Source: the human T2T-CHM13v2.0 reference genome, Homo sapiens. Taken from it: a stretch of 64,000 nucleotides of DNA. The stretch is from assembly GCF_009914755.1 (NCBI RefSeq), contig NC_060930.1. One strand, given 5' to 3'. This document shows positions 35,058 through 50,730 of the stretch, in pieces. The notes beneath the pieces are model-generated. The model was not told the DNA's origin. It did no database searches and was given only the letters and a program-made list of their open reading frames with translations. The position numbers were made by a program, and so were the translations under genes. The stretch's first letter is position 1, and each line of letters starts with the position of its first letter.

Positions 35058-38000
35058 CTTCTTATGTTATTCTTGCTTAAAGGGGAGAAAAAATTACCTT
35101 TTTTATTCTTTTTGCGAAGTATAGGGCAGCAAAAAGACAGGACCCTAATTAATTTTTCAATAACTCACACCGTTACACTAGCAAAGACAGGAGAGGGAGA
35201 AATTAACAAAGGATATTTTATTCTCTGAAACACAGGTGTGGAATGCTTTTCTGAGGGGGACTTCGCTGGCAGGACCTCTTAACCACTGCTGCCACCCCTC
35301 ACCAGAGCTTGGCTCATAAACCCACTCTCAGGTAGACCAGCTGCAAGGGGAACAGCTGGGTAATTTCTCCTAGGCAAGTCTAGGCATTTCCTTTTCACTA
35401 CCAATTAGCTAGCCACACTAGACTGCTCAGCCGCCCCAGCCCAGAATGCAATCCACACAAATACTCATTGTGTGGTAGATAGTGTCTCTGGCAGCATCAA
35501 GAATTTCATACTAAAAGTTCAGGGGGAGGTGAGAGGGGAAAAAATTAAAAAATATACACGTGTGATACATTTCAAAAACCAAGAACTTTATCTCTTGCTA
35601 CCATTATTTTTCCACACTTTTGATTTCTACACTACATGATAATCTTGTGAACAGTCAGCCTCTGCCTTCTATTATAATATCCCACTAAGGCTATCTTCTT
35701 TCACCTTGGTGTTTTGCTGGCTTTGGCAGAGGAGTAGCCTGGACTCTTAGAGGAGAACATTTATACCTTATATCTCCTTTCATAGTCTACACATTTACCC
35801 AACCTCATTCTAAAGAATGGCCCCTGGATTCTGCAAGAAATGCTATACATGTGCACCACTGTGCAAAGAATCAAAGAACTCAGGCAGAGAGTGTATAATA
35901 TTGTGTGGAAAGTTTTGCTTCCCCATGATATATCTGTGCTTTCATAACAAAGCTGGGCAAACCAGAATGAAGAGTGTGTTCTGGAGGCACTTTTAATAAG
36001 CCACCTCTAAATCAGGTCTGTCTCAATTAGCTGTTTTCTCTAAGGTAAAGTAATCTTGAGTTGCTTGTGGGATCCTAAGGTACACTCTGGATATGTAAAG
36101 AAGCAGCCTGGTAAAAGTTAGCCCAATGCCTGTGTCAGGGCGCATGCCACAGTTCCGACAGGATGCCTTCGATATTGCCAGAGAGCCTTTAATGGGGCAG
36201 GAGGAAGACGGAGAAAGATCCCCGCCAACAACACTGTTCATATAGAGCAACTTGATGTTGTTATGGCAGCGCAGTTCTCAAATTCAATCTCATCATGGAC
36301 ACAACCAGGAAAGAGAAAAGAGAACTGCATTTTTCCTACCCTGAGGCTACGCTCAATTTAGGTATCCTGTCAGGAAAATTTTGCCTTTTCCCTTTTTCAG
36401 CAGCCTGTAATATGAGAGCACCAGACATCACAATGCATCATTCATTCATTCATTCATTATTCGACCTTTCTCTCGCACATTCTCTCTTTAAGTCAGGACC
36501 CATCAAGGCGACAGTGAAATTCTTGATGGGAAGGGTTTGCTGAGGAGCCCCAAGGTAACTCAATTTCCCTCAACAACCAGGAGGAAACAGGGTGATTATT
36601 GATTCAAGAGAAAACAGAATATTTGTGGATTTAGGGTCAATAAAACAACCTCCACAAATGTTAAAGTAAACAAGGAAAAATATAGCTTTAAAAAATGGAC
36701 AACTAGGAGAATTTCTTTTCACATAGCAATGCAATTTTCTCCTCACAGTGATAGTCATAATTTCATACCCTTTCTGTATGTGAGAAGAGAGAGCTGGGCA
36801 TTTTAGCCATCTATTTGCTAATTAATATTCCAACCGAAAATGCTGTGCTATAGATATTGGAAATCAAGTTTCCCACAGGACTGTCACATTGTGTTTAACC
36901 CAAAGCAATGATGTTTCTGCTTACGGCTCTGAAGGTTTCATGACTGTCTGCTGTGTCTTCATTCTCCTTTGGAACTTCTCCAGTTTCCCCAGAAACACAG
37001 GTGGTCTTTTGAATAAACAGAACTAACATATTGAGCTCCATAAGCTCTATGATGATATGCATTTCTCTCATTCACAGCTGTTGCTTGCACAGTTGGAATA
37101 ATGTGCAACTATGAGGCGGCTACTTAGTGAACTGGAGGTTCCTATTTAGAGTGTGAATTCTTAGAAAGGCATCTTCAGGTAAAGAAGAAACAGAAAATAA
37201 CAAGTGATGCTCCACAGGGATCTGTACACTTTTCATTATCTGTGCAAGGGAAATGAAAACATGTGTTTAGGAATCCATTGAAGAAGTTGATGGTATTCAT
37301 CCTATTTCAGAGGAATCCCACGCCAAGAGGATTTCTTTCCATCATAAAAATAATTGGTACAGAAGGCCCTGATCAATCATGCTCTATACTTCTGGCATTT
37401 AATAGAACTCAAATGTTAGCTGTAATAAAATATTTTGCCATCTCTCATTCATCTAAGACTAAAAAAATGTGAGGCATTCATAGAATTATTTTATAAAGTC
37501 CATTTTACAATGATGTCACTGTCAGTGTTCAAGGGTTTAAACAACATAAGCAGAATCAACAACCAAGCAAAGACAATTATGTTTATACCACAAAGTTGTG
37601 ACATCTCTCTCAGTGTAGCAATCTAGAAATGTTCTTAGCTATAATTCCTCTTTGGATATAAAGTTAATTATGAAGTTTTTCAATAGCTTTACTAGTTAAA
37701 CTGCACATCATATTCGCAGCTACCAAAGGAAAGGTATTAGCAGATGAAACGATGTCACTATATGCCTAAAAGGTAAAAGAAAATTTCTAATTTAAAAAAA
37801 CTATTGATAATACACGAATATATTTTATACCAGAAGTTTGAAAATGACATGTGAAATTTAAACTGAACTTTCCATTTAGGATGGCAGAATAAGCATGAAA
37901 TGAAATCTCATCCTTTTTCACTAAACTCAAAGAAATTATAGAAAATAGATAGAGTAACCTAATTAATACATATTTGTGTTTGAAAACCAAAGAAGAATAT

Positions 38001-38090
38001 CTCCATAGATTAGAAAGACACATTTCAAAATAGGAAAAAACAGAAAACTAAAGTGATAAAAGAGGCGAATGGTTTAAAAATATTATACTG

Positions 38091-38092
<2 letters not shown>

Positions 38093-38123
<31 letters not shown>
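38093..38123. repeat. (TG)n microsatellite
   Basis: Direct reading. Confidence 0.95.
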
Positions 38124-38126
<3 letters not shown>

Positions 38127-38199
38127 TGTGCATATCTGCAACCTTATGAAACATACCATCTAGTTGTTTACACCCTAAGGATCATTTAAAACTTGAACT

Positions 38200-40650
38200 T
38201 TAAGTTGTCAAGATTTGAGTTGGTGCTGCTACAAGATGGTCTCCTAAGGAGATCATCATAATCCATAATGAACAAGGAAAAGCTCTTTCTTAGGAAATGA
38301 AAACAGAGCTGCAAGACACCAAGCAACTAGAAATCTAACACTTGAAGGAGGCAAAACAAGATCCATGTATGGAACCATTTAAACTTGAAGGAATAGAAAT
38401 AATGGAATAATCTGAAAAGGGTTTTTAAAAACATGTATGTTCACTATCCAGGGAGATAATAACTAAAGATGGAAATAGTTTTTTGTTTTTTACAGAATGT
38501 AGAAAATATTGCTATTGAGCAATGCCTGACATATATTAAGCAGTCTATGAATGTTAGCCATTATTTCCTTTCACTACAATATTGAATCTATAAAGGCAGA
38601 GAATTTTGTCTGTTTTATTAAATGCTATATTCTACATCATCTAGAAGAATTTCTTATACAAAGTGAAAATTGAACAATTAATTTTTAGGGAAAAGAATAA
38701 ATTTGGTGTTTATATGTTAAAAATACATTAAATTATTAAATAAGAGTAGTGGTTGTGAAACAAGAATAGGTTTATATAAAAATGATTAGATAACATAATT
38801 ATGAGCAGAATAATTATTGAAATAAAAAATATGACATTCAGAATGTATCATTAAACATAATTGCTCTGAGAGACTCACCTTCTTATAATAACTAGACCCT
38901 GGGAAAAAAAAAAAAAAACTTACTCTTGGAGGTATTGTTGATATTACAAAAGAAAGGAGAGTTCTCCAAAAAAGCTCTCAAAGAAATAAACATGAGCACA
39001 GTCAGGAATACAGGGCTAGGGTTTCTGAAGCTAACATCTGAGATGGGAGAGCTCAGGAATCCGTTTAGGAATACACAGTAAAAGTAGGCTAGGCTAGGCA
39101 CGACTCAAGGCCACAGAGTTGAGAAGCTGAGCTGGGGCAGAAGAGACTTATAGCATTGGGAGCTGGAGAGAAACTAATATAATGGAAATCTATACTATGT
39201 AAATCTGCAGAAAGACAGAGATAAAATGTTCTGAAATTTGAGTATTGTTTAAGATGTAAAGGTATTAATATTAGATTTTGTGATATTAACTATGCCTGAT
39301 GAAAGTTCAATGGTAACTAATAAGAGATTAAAAGGAGAGTATATAAATTTGAGTGAGAAAAAAAGTTAAGTAGATCAAGCAGAACAAAAATATTCAGTAC
39401 AAAAATAGTAAAAAAGGAAAAAAAAATGGGATAAATATAACTTAATTTTAAAAAGACTCCTAAAGCAATAATCAGGATAACCAAATGGACTAAACTCATA
39501 GGTTTGAGAAAAAAGAGAGTCACATTGGATTTAATAAATATGTTAGTCCTGAAGGACTTACCATGATTAAGAACAAGTAATCAACTCACAAACAAAATTA
39601 GCAAAATTACTGCTATTAGCATCAGTATGCATAAATAAGAAATAACAGATTTAGACTCACAAAAACTGCAGATGTTTAACTTGTTGGATATATGTCATAG
39701 CTATATGAAATGTTTTAAAAAGTAAAATATTCAATGTAAAGCACTCGGCAAGAAGTTATTGGGAATAAAAATAAAATTTTAGGGAAAAAGGGCTTTTAGG
39801 AATGAAAAACATATTTGTAGAAATCAGAAATGCTGTGGATGGGTTAAACATCAGCTTGATGCAAGAAAGAGAGAAATGGTAAACTGGAAGATATATCCAA
39901 AAGCTATCCACAATACAGGAAAAGAAGGAATAAGGAAATGAGAAAATAGGAAAAAGATTTTAAGAGATCTTGGAGGATAGCGTGATAAGGACCAACATAA
40001 GTCTACTTGCAGACTCATGTAGGGAGCATGGGGGGATGGGGGAAAGGCAATACTTAAATCTTTCAGAAAGGATAAAAAATATGAATCTGCAGATCTAATA
40101 AGTACAACTTGTTCTAAACAGGATGAATCAAAATAAATCCCCTAAGATGTGTCTTAGTGAAACTAGAAGATACCAAGGACAAAAAATATCATGCATTTAG
40201 AGAGGCAGGATAAGATCATGTCTTGTTTAGGATGAAAGCAAAGATATTGTTTAACTTTAGATTTTGTTATATTAAAACATATAACAAAGTAAAAGTTCAA
40301 TGGTAATCAAAAAGAAATTAAAAATAGAGTGTGAACATTTGAGTGGGAGAAAAGATTGAATAACAAAAAAATCAAATTATTCAGTCCAAAAATGGTAAGA
40401 AAGAAATATGGCAGAAGTAGAAATTAAGTGAAAAAGTGCAAAATATTTCAAGAATCAGGTTAACCAAATGGATTGCACTCAGAAATTGTTTTCTAAAAAG
40501 TGAATCACATTGAATTTAGTAAATGTGATTTAGTTTTCTCATGGTTAAAGACAATGGCAGTTATGTAATAATCTCTCACAAATTTCCTTCACAAATATAA
40601 TGAAACAACTACATAACCAGGAAAATCCTACACAAAAAACATGGCCTCAC
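38200..40650 (+). mobile_element. Highly diverged L1M fragments, including a local duplication
   Basis: Strongly A-rich + strand; ORF1-like gatgggttaaacatcagctt...aaactggaagata; two similar blocks at about 39240-39575 and 40220-40555. Confidence 0.55.
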
Positions 40651-40654
40651 CATT

Positions 40655-41040
40655 TATATCAGTTTGCTCAGGCTGACATAACAACATACCACAGGCTGGG
40701 TGGCTTAAACAAAATAAAGTTATTTCTCCTTGGAGCCTGGAAGTCCCAAATCAAGGTCCGGCGGGGTTCCATTTCTGGTGAAGGCTCTCTTCCCCATTTG
40801 TAGATAGCTACTATGTCCTACATCTCTTTACTCTGAGTACACGTAGAGGGAGAGGGAGAAAGTGGGCTCTCTGGCGTCTTTTCTTAGACGGACACTAAGC
40901 CTATTGGATCTAGGCCCCATCCCTATAATCTCTTTTAACCTTACTTCCTTACTCCAAATATAGCCACACTGGGTGCTAGAGCTTCAACATATGAATTATG
41001 GGGTTGTGATGGGGGAAACATGTACATTTAGTCCGTAACA
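40655..41040 (-). mobile_element. MLT1A0-like LTR (3' LTR of a minus-strand MaLR)
   Basis: tatatcagtttgctcaggctg...ctgggtggcttaaac...gcttcaacatatgaatt...gtccgtaaca. Confidence 0.88.
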
Positions 41041-41207
41041 TTTTGCCCCTGGTTGCCCAAAATTCATTCTTTCTCACATACAAAATATGCTCATCACATC
41101 CTAGCACCCCCCAAAGTCTTAACTCATTTCAGCATCAACTCTGAGATCATATCTAAATATGATCTCAAATCAGATGAATGAGTCTGCAGGTAAGATTTAT
41201 CCTGAGG

Positions 41208-42562
<1,355 letters not shown>

Positions 42563-42823
42563 AAGATTTATCCTGAGGCAAAATTCACTTCCGGCTATGA
42601 ACCAGTAAAACAAAGTACAAGTTATGTGTTTTCAAAATACAGTGGTGTGACATGCATAGGATGGATATTCTCATTCAAAAAAGAAGAAATGAGAAAAAAA
42701 AATGACACTGATGAGTCCTAAACAATTCTAAAACCTAGCAAGACAAATTCTGTGAAATCTGAAGTATCCAGAATAATGCTCTTGAGTTCAATGCTCTCTC
42801 CTCCAGGCTTACAGGGGTGGTAG

Positions 42824-43348
42824 TGATGCAGGGCAGTTAAGCCCCAAATTGAGGCTTAGCCCAGGAGGGTTATTTGCTTTGCCCAGGACGGAATTCAAGG
42901 GCAAGCCAGTGGTAGAAGAAAACAGCTTTACTGAAGCGGCAGTGTTGCAGCTGCAGCATTGTTGCAACTCAGGCAGTGTTACAGCTCCGGAACAGCTCCT
43001 GCAGAGCAGGGCTACCCCATAGGCAGTGAAGAGCAGTAGCTCAGGGCTATTCCGCAGTCATCTTTATACCTACTTTTAATTACATGCAAATTAAAGAGCA
43101 GTTTATGCAGAAATTTCTAGGGAAAGGGTAGTAACTTCTAGGAGGTGGGGTCATTGCCATGAAAAGGGGTGGTAACTCCCAGATGTTGCCATGGTAATGG
43201 CAAACTGACATGGCACTCTGGTGGATGTCTCTTATGGAAAGCTGCTTCTGCCCCATGCCTGTTTGAGGGAGTCAATTTGGTCCAATGCCTGAGCCCCGAC
43301 TCTTGGATTGAGTCCCACCTCTGGAGTCAAGTCTCACCTCCTGCCTCA
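42824..43348 (-). mobile_element. MER66-family solo LTR (ERV1)
   Basis: TG...CA ends; reverse strand tgaggcaggagg...gaagcagctttccataag...ccatggcaac; 4-bp TSD GTAG at 42820-42823 and 43349-43352. Confidence 0.8.
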
Positions 43349-43758
43349 GTAGCATCACCCCAACAGCTCTGTGAGGGTAGCCCCACCACTGAGACATTAG
43401 GCCATGGCATCCTTGACCCAAAAAAACAAAAAGGCCCCAACCTTTGACCTCAACAGAATGACCTTTAATGCCCATAGTTATAACACCATAGTTATAACAA
43501 CATTCCATTCATAATTATTTATGTATTCTCTAAGAAGATGGAGGCTCTTTTTGAGTCCTCATCAGAATCACCTTTAACATTCATCTTTCTTCTAACAGTC
43601 TTTTAGAGCAATTTAGGCTTGGTTTAGCATATATCTCAAATTCCTCCAGCCTCTGCCCATTACCCAGCTCTAAAGCTGCTTCCACATTGTTACAGCAACA
43701 TCCCACTTATTGGTACCAAAATCTCTATTAGTCAGGATTCTTCAGAGAAACAGAAGCA

Positions 43759-43835
43759 TATATACATATATATATATATATATATACACACACATATATA
43801 TATACACACACACACACATATATATACATATATAC
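43759..43835. repeat. (TA)/(CA) compound microsatellite
   Basis: Direct reading. Confidence 0.95.
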
Positions 43836-43860
43836 AGAAACAATAGTATATACATACATA

Positions 43861-46505
43861 CTGTTGACTCGAACAGTATTTGAACTATGTGTGTTCACTT
43901 ATATGCAGATTTTTTTCAATAAATACACTGGAAAAACTTTTGAACATGTGCAATAATTTGAAAAACTCAGATGAACTGTGTAGCCCAGAAATGTTGAGAA
44001 AATTGAGGAAACTTTAGATGTCACGATTGCATAAAATATATGTAGATACTAGTCTATTTGATCATTTACTACAATAAAATATACATAAATCTGTTACAAA
44101 AAGTTATACTCGGTCAAACATGCACACACAGACCACACATGGCACTATTTTCAGTCAAGAGGAATGTAAACAAATGGAAAGATGCAGTATTAAATCATAA
44201 CTGCATAGAATTGACTATAATACTCACTGTAGTACTACAATAATTTTGTAGCCATTTCCTGTTGCTATTGTGGTGAACTCAAGTGTTGGGAGTATCCTCT
44301 TAAAACGCCACGTGACACTAATCACTAATCATCTCCATATGAGCAGTCTGTCTCTTCAGAAAATTGCATATTACAGTAAAAAGTGTTCTCTTGCAGTTCT
44401 CAAGCATTTTTCATCATGTTTAGTGCAATGCCATAAGCCTCGAATAGCACCATGGGACCCATACAAAGTGCCATGAGTGATGCTGGAAGGGCTCCCAGGA
44501 AGCAAAGCCATGACATTACAAGAAAAAGTTGAATTGCTTGATATGTGTGCAGCTTTGCTTGATTGAGGTGTGCAGCTGTGGTTGCCCACCATTTCACAGA
44601 TAAATTAATCCAGCATAAGGAGTGTTATAAAAAAAGAAAAGGAAATTCTTAAAGCCATCACTGCAGCTACCACAGCAGGTGGGAAAACCTTGCATTTCTT
44701 TTGGAAAATAGCTTTTTATCTCATATTGAAAATGCAGCTTTTATTTGAGTGCAGAATTGCTATAAGAAAGGCACACCTATAGACTCTAAAATGATTTGAA
44801 AACAGGCAAAGTCATTATATGACAAATCAAAGTAAAAGGAAGGCAAAGGATCTAAAGCTGGAGAATTTAATGTCAGCAAAGGATGGTTTGATAATTTTAC
44901 AAAGAGGTTTGGCTTTAAAAAACGCAAGATAACAAGAAAAACACCTTCTGCTGGCCCAGAGGCAGCAGACAAATTCCCAGATGCCATTAAGAAAATCATT
45001 GAGGAGAAAGGGTATCTGCCTGAACAGGTTTTAATACACACAAAAGTGCTCTATTCTGGAAAAAAAAAATCCACAAAGGACATTTATTAGTAGGGACGAG
45101 AAAAGAGCACCAGGATTTAAGGTAGAAAGAGATAGGCTAACTCTACCTTTTTGTGCAAATGCAGTCAAATTTATTATTAGGAATGCCCCCATCTATAAAG
45201 CTGCTAACCCCCAAGCCTTGAAGGGAAAAGATACATACCTACTTCCAGTCTTCTGATTGCACAAGAAGGACTGGACAACAAAAATCATTTTTCTGGATTG
45301 GTTCCACCCATGCTTTGTCCTTGAAGTCAGGAAATACCTTGCCAGTAAAAGACTGCCTTTTAAAGTTCTTTTGATATTGGACAATGCCCCTGGCCACTCA
45401 GAACTTTATGAGTTCAACAAGCAAAGTGGTCCACTTGCTCCCAGTCACAATGTGTTTAACTCAGCCTCCAAATCAGGGAGTCACAGGACCTGTAGGGCCC
45501 ATTACACATGGTACTTTATGGAAAGGATTGCCAACACTATGGAAGAGAACCCCTGTAGAGAGAACATTATGAAAGTCTGGAAGGATTACACCACTGAAGA
45601 TGCCACAGTCATTATAGAAAAAGCCACAAAAGCCATCAAACCTGAAACAATGAATTGCTGCTTGAGAAAACTGTATCCAGATATTGTACATGACTTCTTA
45701 GGACTTACAAAGAGCCAATCAAGGAAATCATGAGAGATTGTGACAGCAAAAAAAAAAAAAAAAAAAAAAAGTGGAATGTGAAGGGTTTCAAGATATGGAT
45801 CTTGGAGAATTCAGAAGCTAATACATGCCACACCAGAGGAATTAATAGAAGATGACTTGATGCAGATGAGTGCTTCCAAATCTGTGCTAGATGATGAAGA
45901 AAATGTAGAAGAAGCAGTGCCAGAAAACACATTTACATTAGACAATCCGGCAGAAGGATTCTGATTATTCAACACTGTTTTTTATTTCTTTTACAACTTG
46001 GACCCATCTATGATGTAGAAACATTTTTAGGGAAATGAAAAAGCAAAACGTTAGAGGGGAATTATGACACATTCCTGTAAAGTTACACTAAGTATGTCTG
46101 ACTCTCCTGCTTCTCCTTCCAACTCCTCCACCTCTGCCACTCCTGGGACAGCAAGATTAACCCACTGTCCTCCTTCTCCCCCTCAGCCTACTCAGTGTGA
46201 AGATGATGAGGATTAAGACCTTTATAATAATCCACTTACACTTAGTGAATGGTAAATATATTTTCTCTTCTTTATGTTTTCTTAGCAACACTTTTTTTCC
46301 TTTGGTTTACTTTATTGTAACTATAAAATATACAATATAAAAAACATAGAAAATATTGTTAATCAACTGTATAAGTTAACAGTAAGGCTTCCAGTTGATA
46401 GTAGGCCATTAGCAGTCAAGTTGTTGGGAAATCAAAAGTTATACATGGATTTTTGGCTGTACAGGAGAGTTGACACCCAACCCCCACATTGTGAAGGATC
46501 AACTA
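43861..46505 (+). mobile_element. Tigger3 (Golem; TcMar-Tigger) DNA transposon, near full length, transposase broken
   Basis: Degenerate TIRs ctgttgactc... and ...ggatcaacta flanked by TA; CENP-B-type HTH remnant AGEFNVSKGWFDNF near 44858-44900; DDE segment FKVLLILDNAPGH in ORF 45257-45733. Confidence 0.9.
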
Positions 46506-47099
46506 TATATAAGAAATTATCTCACGTGATTATGGAGGGTGACAAGTCCCCAGATCTGCAGTTGAGAAGCTGGAGGCCTAGGAGAACCAAGGGTATAATT
46601 CTAGTCCAGGACCTAGGAAGAACTGATGTTTCAATTCTAGTTCAAAGTCAGGAAAAATGGATGCCCCAGCTTAAGACAGTCAAGCAAGGAAAAATTCCCT
46701 CTTCTTTGTGAGAGGGATTGATTTTTTTCTATTCAGATCTTCAACTGATTGGATCAGGCCCACTCTGATTAGGAGAGGCACTATGCTTTACTCAGTCTAT
46801 TAATATAAATGTTAAATTCATCACAAAATACATAATACACCTCACATAAATACCCACAATAATGTTTACCAAATATCCGGGCATTCTGTGGCTCAGTCAA
46901 GTGGACACATAAAATCAGCCATTACATCATTACTTAAAGGCTGAGAATGCCAAAATTGCCAAAATCACCAAATTCCAATCTGCAGCCTCTCATACTTGCC
47001 TCTACTGCCCCCAGCTAGCTGCAAGTCTTTACAGTGAACAAATGCAAAGCAAGAAAGAAAACAAAGCATACTAAAAGACTTAAACAGATTATGTTCATG

Positions 47100-49740
47100 G
47101 AAGAATTGATTAAAACTATACCAAAAGACACCAGACCCAAGTGATTTCACTGTGGTACGCTATGACACCTTCAAACATCAAATAATCCCAATGCTGCATG
47201 AATTATTCAAGAGTATTGAAAAAGAAAGAAAACTCTCAAATTCCTTTTTTGAAGTAAATATGTTATCAACTGATACAGCAGATAAAGGGAAGAAAACCAG
47301 AGACTAATCCCACTAATAAATATCAATGCAAATATACCCACACAAAATATTAGTAAACAGAATCCAATACCACTTTAAGAAAGTAATATGGGATGACCAA
47401 CTGGGTTTTATTGCCAGAATATAAATTGGCTCAATATTAGAAACAACGTTAATATATTTCACCATAGTAATAAATATAAAGGGGAATACATGATTATCTT
47501 CATAAATGCTGACAAAAACCTTTGACCAAACTTAACACTCATTCATTAATAGAAAACACTCAAGAAATAGGAATGAAGAGGTACTTTCATAACATAATAA
47601 TCTCTATCTAGAGACAGAGATAGAAATAGAAATTTAGAGATAGTGATGGAGATGGAGATAGGTAAAGACATGTAAATGCTAAAGCCAGAATCTTATTTAA
47701 TGGAAAAACATTAGCTGAGGAACAAGGCAAAGATTTTTACTATCTCTATTATTCAACATTGTACTAGACTATAAACCAATATGATTAAACAAGAGAAAGT
47801 CATTTGTGACATAAGAATGGGCAAAGAAGAAATAGAATTATCTCTATTTGCAGATGGTAAGATATTATACCTAGAAACCCTCAAAGAATCAATGATAAAA
47901 CTAACTTAAATTGTAAAAGAATTCAGGAACCTATCAAAATATAAAATCAGTAGCCTTTATATACACAAACAATAAACAGTTAGGAGACATATACATGGTA
48001 GAGAGAAGCTCTTTCACCCTTGCAACAAAAGAGATAAAAGACTTAGTATGACATTTAACAAGAAATGTGCAAAACCTACATGATGACAATTTTAAATCAT
48101 CCCTAAAAGACACAAAAGTTTGAAAAAATAGCCCCTGCTCTTGGATATGATGATTCAACATTATAAAGATGTCAGTTTTTCCTAAATAAATTTGTAAATT
48201 AAATGCAATCGCAATAAAAATACCAAAAAGCAATTTTAAGGAGATAGGGAAGTTCATACTAAAGTTTGTATGAAAAAAGGCAAACATGCACAAATGTTCA
48301 AGACAATAATACAAAAGAAAGAACTGCAAGAAAGAACTAGCCCTACCAAACATTAAAACATATTATAAAGACTCTATAATTAAAATATTATAACAGTGGC
48401 GCATAAATAAGCAAATAAATCAGTAGAATTGAATAAAAGTGCAGAAATAAACACAAATATCTATGAAAATTTAGTATATGACCAAGGTGCCATCTCACAT
48501 CACTGGCAGAAAGGATAGAAAATCTCAGTAAATGGTCTTAATACCTGAAGAGTGAATCAGCCACTTGGAAGATTGGACAAAATAATTATTTTAAATGTAG
48601 CATAAAAAGATGAAAAGCTAAGATAAAAATTGAAACATTTGGAATAGACACCCAAAACTGTGATACTCCCCTGAAGATATTTCTAGAAGCAAATAATAGA
48701 AGAAATGAAAGAGAAGCAATACTAGAACAAATAATGGCTGAGAATTTTCTAGAACTGGGAGAAAAAAAAAATGAGTCTTTAGAATGACAGTGCTCACTAA
48801 GTCCAAGAAGGAAAAAAACATAACTTTACTCAAAACACCATGAACACAAACATAACAACAGAGAAAATTATAAAATCTACCAGAGAAACAAGAAAGTTTC
48901 ATCTTCAAAAATAAGAATCAGAATGACATCAGAACTTTTATCAGTACCACAGAATGCAAGAAAGCAATGGAAAAATATTTCTAAATCCTGAGAGAAAATA
49001 ATTTGATCCTTGAATTCAATGCATAATAAAACTTCATGAATAAAAATAAACTCTTCAAAAGTAAAAGTAAAATATGGGTATGTTAACATGTTAGCATATT
49101 ATACTACCTATAGATTCTCCCAGAAGTCAACTTCAAAAGGCAATGTTTTAACAAGAAGAAAAACAAATCCAAAAGGAAGAATTTTGATAAATAATTCAAT
49201 GGAAAGTTAAACATAAGTAGTAAAAACCTATCAGTGATATCTAAATAAATAAAAATATATGAACAATTAGTTCAAATTAAAATTCCAGATGATAATATTG
49301 GGTTACTTGGGATTTTGGGGGATAGGGGAGGAGCAGCTTGTGAGTGGAACCCTAGAAGAAAAAATATTCTAACATTCTTATCTTATCTTCTCCAGTGGAA
49401 TAAGAAGGTAACTGAATAACACAAGACTTTTTAGAAAATTCTAAGTTTAATAAAGTGTTCAAAATGTATAGGTAATCATAGAAGGATAGAAATTGAATGT
49501 ATAGCTTTTAAACCAGAGGAGGAAAAAATGGAGGAAAATAAAAATACTGTATTTCAAAGAGATGAAGGTAATGTGGTTCTCAGAGGAGCATTTATAAATT
49601 TTAAATTATTTATTAAAGTAAATACAATTATTTATTAAAAACAAGTGGAATTAAATAAATTATTTTTTCTACAGAATGTGCTAGAAAAAGAATAACAAAA
49701 TAAACCCAAATAAAGCAAAGGGAAAAAATAAAGAAACCTC
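47100..49740 (+). mobile_element. Old L1M fragments (ORF2 RT region, then ORF1-like pieces)
   Basis: accagacccaagtgatttcactg, aaatattagtaaacagaatcca, tctctatttgcagatg, aaaatcagtagcctttatatac. Confidence 0.8.
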
Positions 49741-50330
49741 TTCAATCATTGTGGAAGACAGTGTGGCGATTCATCAAGGATCTAGAACTAGAAATACCAT
49801 TTGACCCAGCAATCCCATTACTGGGTATATAATCAAAGGATTATAACTCATCCTACTATAAAGACACATCCACACATATGTTCATTGCAGCACTATTCAC
49901 AATAGCAAAGACTTGGAATCAACCCAAATGTCCATCAGTGATAGACAGGATAAAGAAAATGTGGCACATATACACCATGGAATACTATGCAGCTGTAAAA
50001 AAGGATGAGTTCATATCCTTTGCAGGGACATGGATGAAGGTGGAAACCATCATTCTCAGCAGACTAACAAAAGAACAGAAAACCAAACACGCACGTTCTC
50101 AGTCATAAGTGGGAGTTGAACAATGAGAACACATGGACACAGGGAGAGGAGTATCATACACCAGGGCCTGTCCGGGGATGGGGAGTAGGGGAGGGATAGC
50201 ATTAGGAGAAATATCGAATGTAGGTGACAGGTTGCTGGGTGCAGCAAACCACCATGGCACGTGTATACCTATGTAACAAAACTGCACGTTCTGCACATGT
50301 ACCCCAGAACTTAAAATATAATAAAAAAAT
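49741..50330 (+). mobile_element. L1PA8-like 3' end
   Basis: gcagcaaaccaccatggcacg diagnostic; 16-bp TSD aaaataaagaaacctc at 49725-49740 and 50331-50346. Confidence 0.95.
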
Positions 50331-50445
50331 AAAATAAAGAAACCTCAAAATCATAAGCATACAAAAAAATCAGAATTGATTAAACAAACAGTTGATTAAA
50401 CAAACAGGAATAAAGTGCTTCTGTATGTTCAAGAAAAAAAAACAC

Positions 50446-50730
50446 CCCAGCACTTTGGGAGGCTGAGGTTGGTGAATCACTTGAGGTCAGGAGTTCAAGA
50501 CCAGCCTGGCCAACTTGGTGAAACCCGGTCTCTATGGAATATACAAAAATTAGCTGGGCATAGTAGCAGGCACCTGTAGTCCCAGCTACTTAGGAGGCTG
50601 AAGCACAAGAATTGCTTGAACTAGGGAGGCGGAGGTTGTAGTGAGCCGGGATCCCAACACTGCACTCCAGCATAGGCAACAGAGTGAGACTCTGTCTCAA
50701 AAAAAGAAAAAAAGAAAAGAAAAAGGAAAA
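50446..50730 (+). mobile_element. AluS, 5'-truncated
   Basis: Begins cccagcactttgggagg; A-rich tail. Confidence 0.93.

Larger units (their letters stand above)
43724..46926 (-). mobile_element. MLT2 (B/D-like) LTR, split by a microsatellite and Tigger3
   Basis: tctattagtcaggattcttcagagaaacagaa...; resumes at 46506 with ctcacgtgattatggaggg...cagtcaagtggacacataaaatcagccattaca. Confidence 0.85.

Noticed and set aside
36023-36250. 75-aa minus-strand ORF in a balanced-composition segment
   Set aside because: No recognisable protein similarity in any frame I inspected; cannot support as CDS.
47934-48353. 139-aa hydrophobic minus-strand ORF
   Set aside because: Antisense reading of A-rich L1M sequence gives spurious F/L/I-rich peptides.
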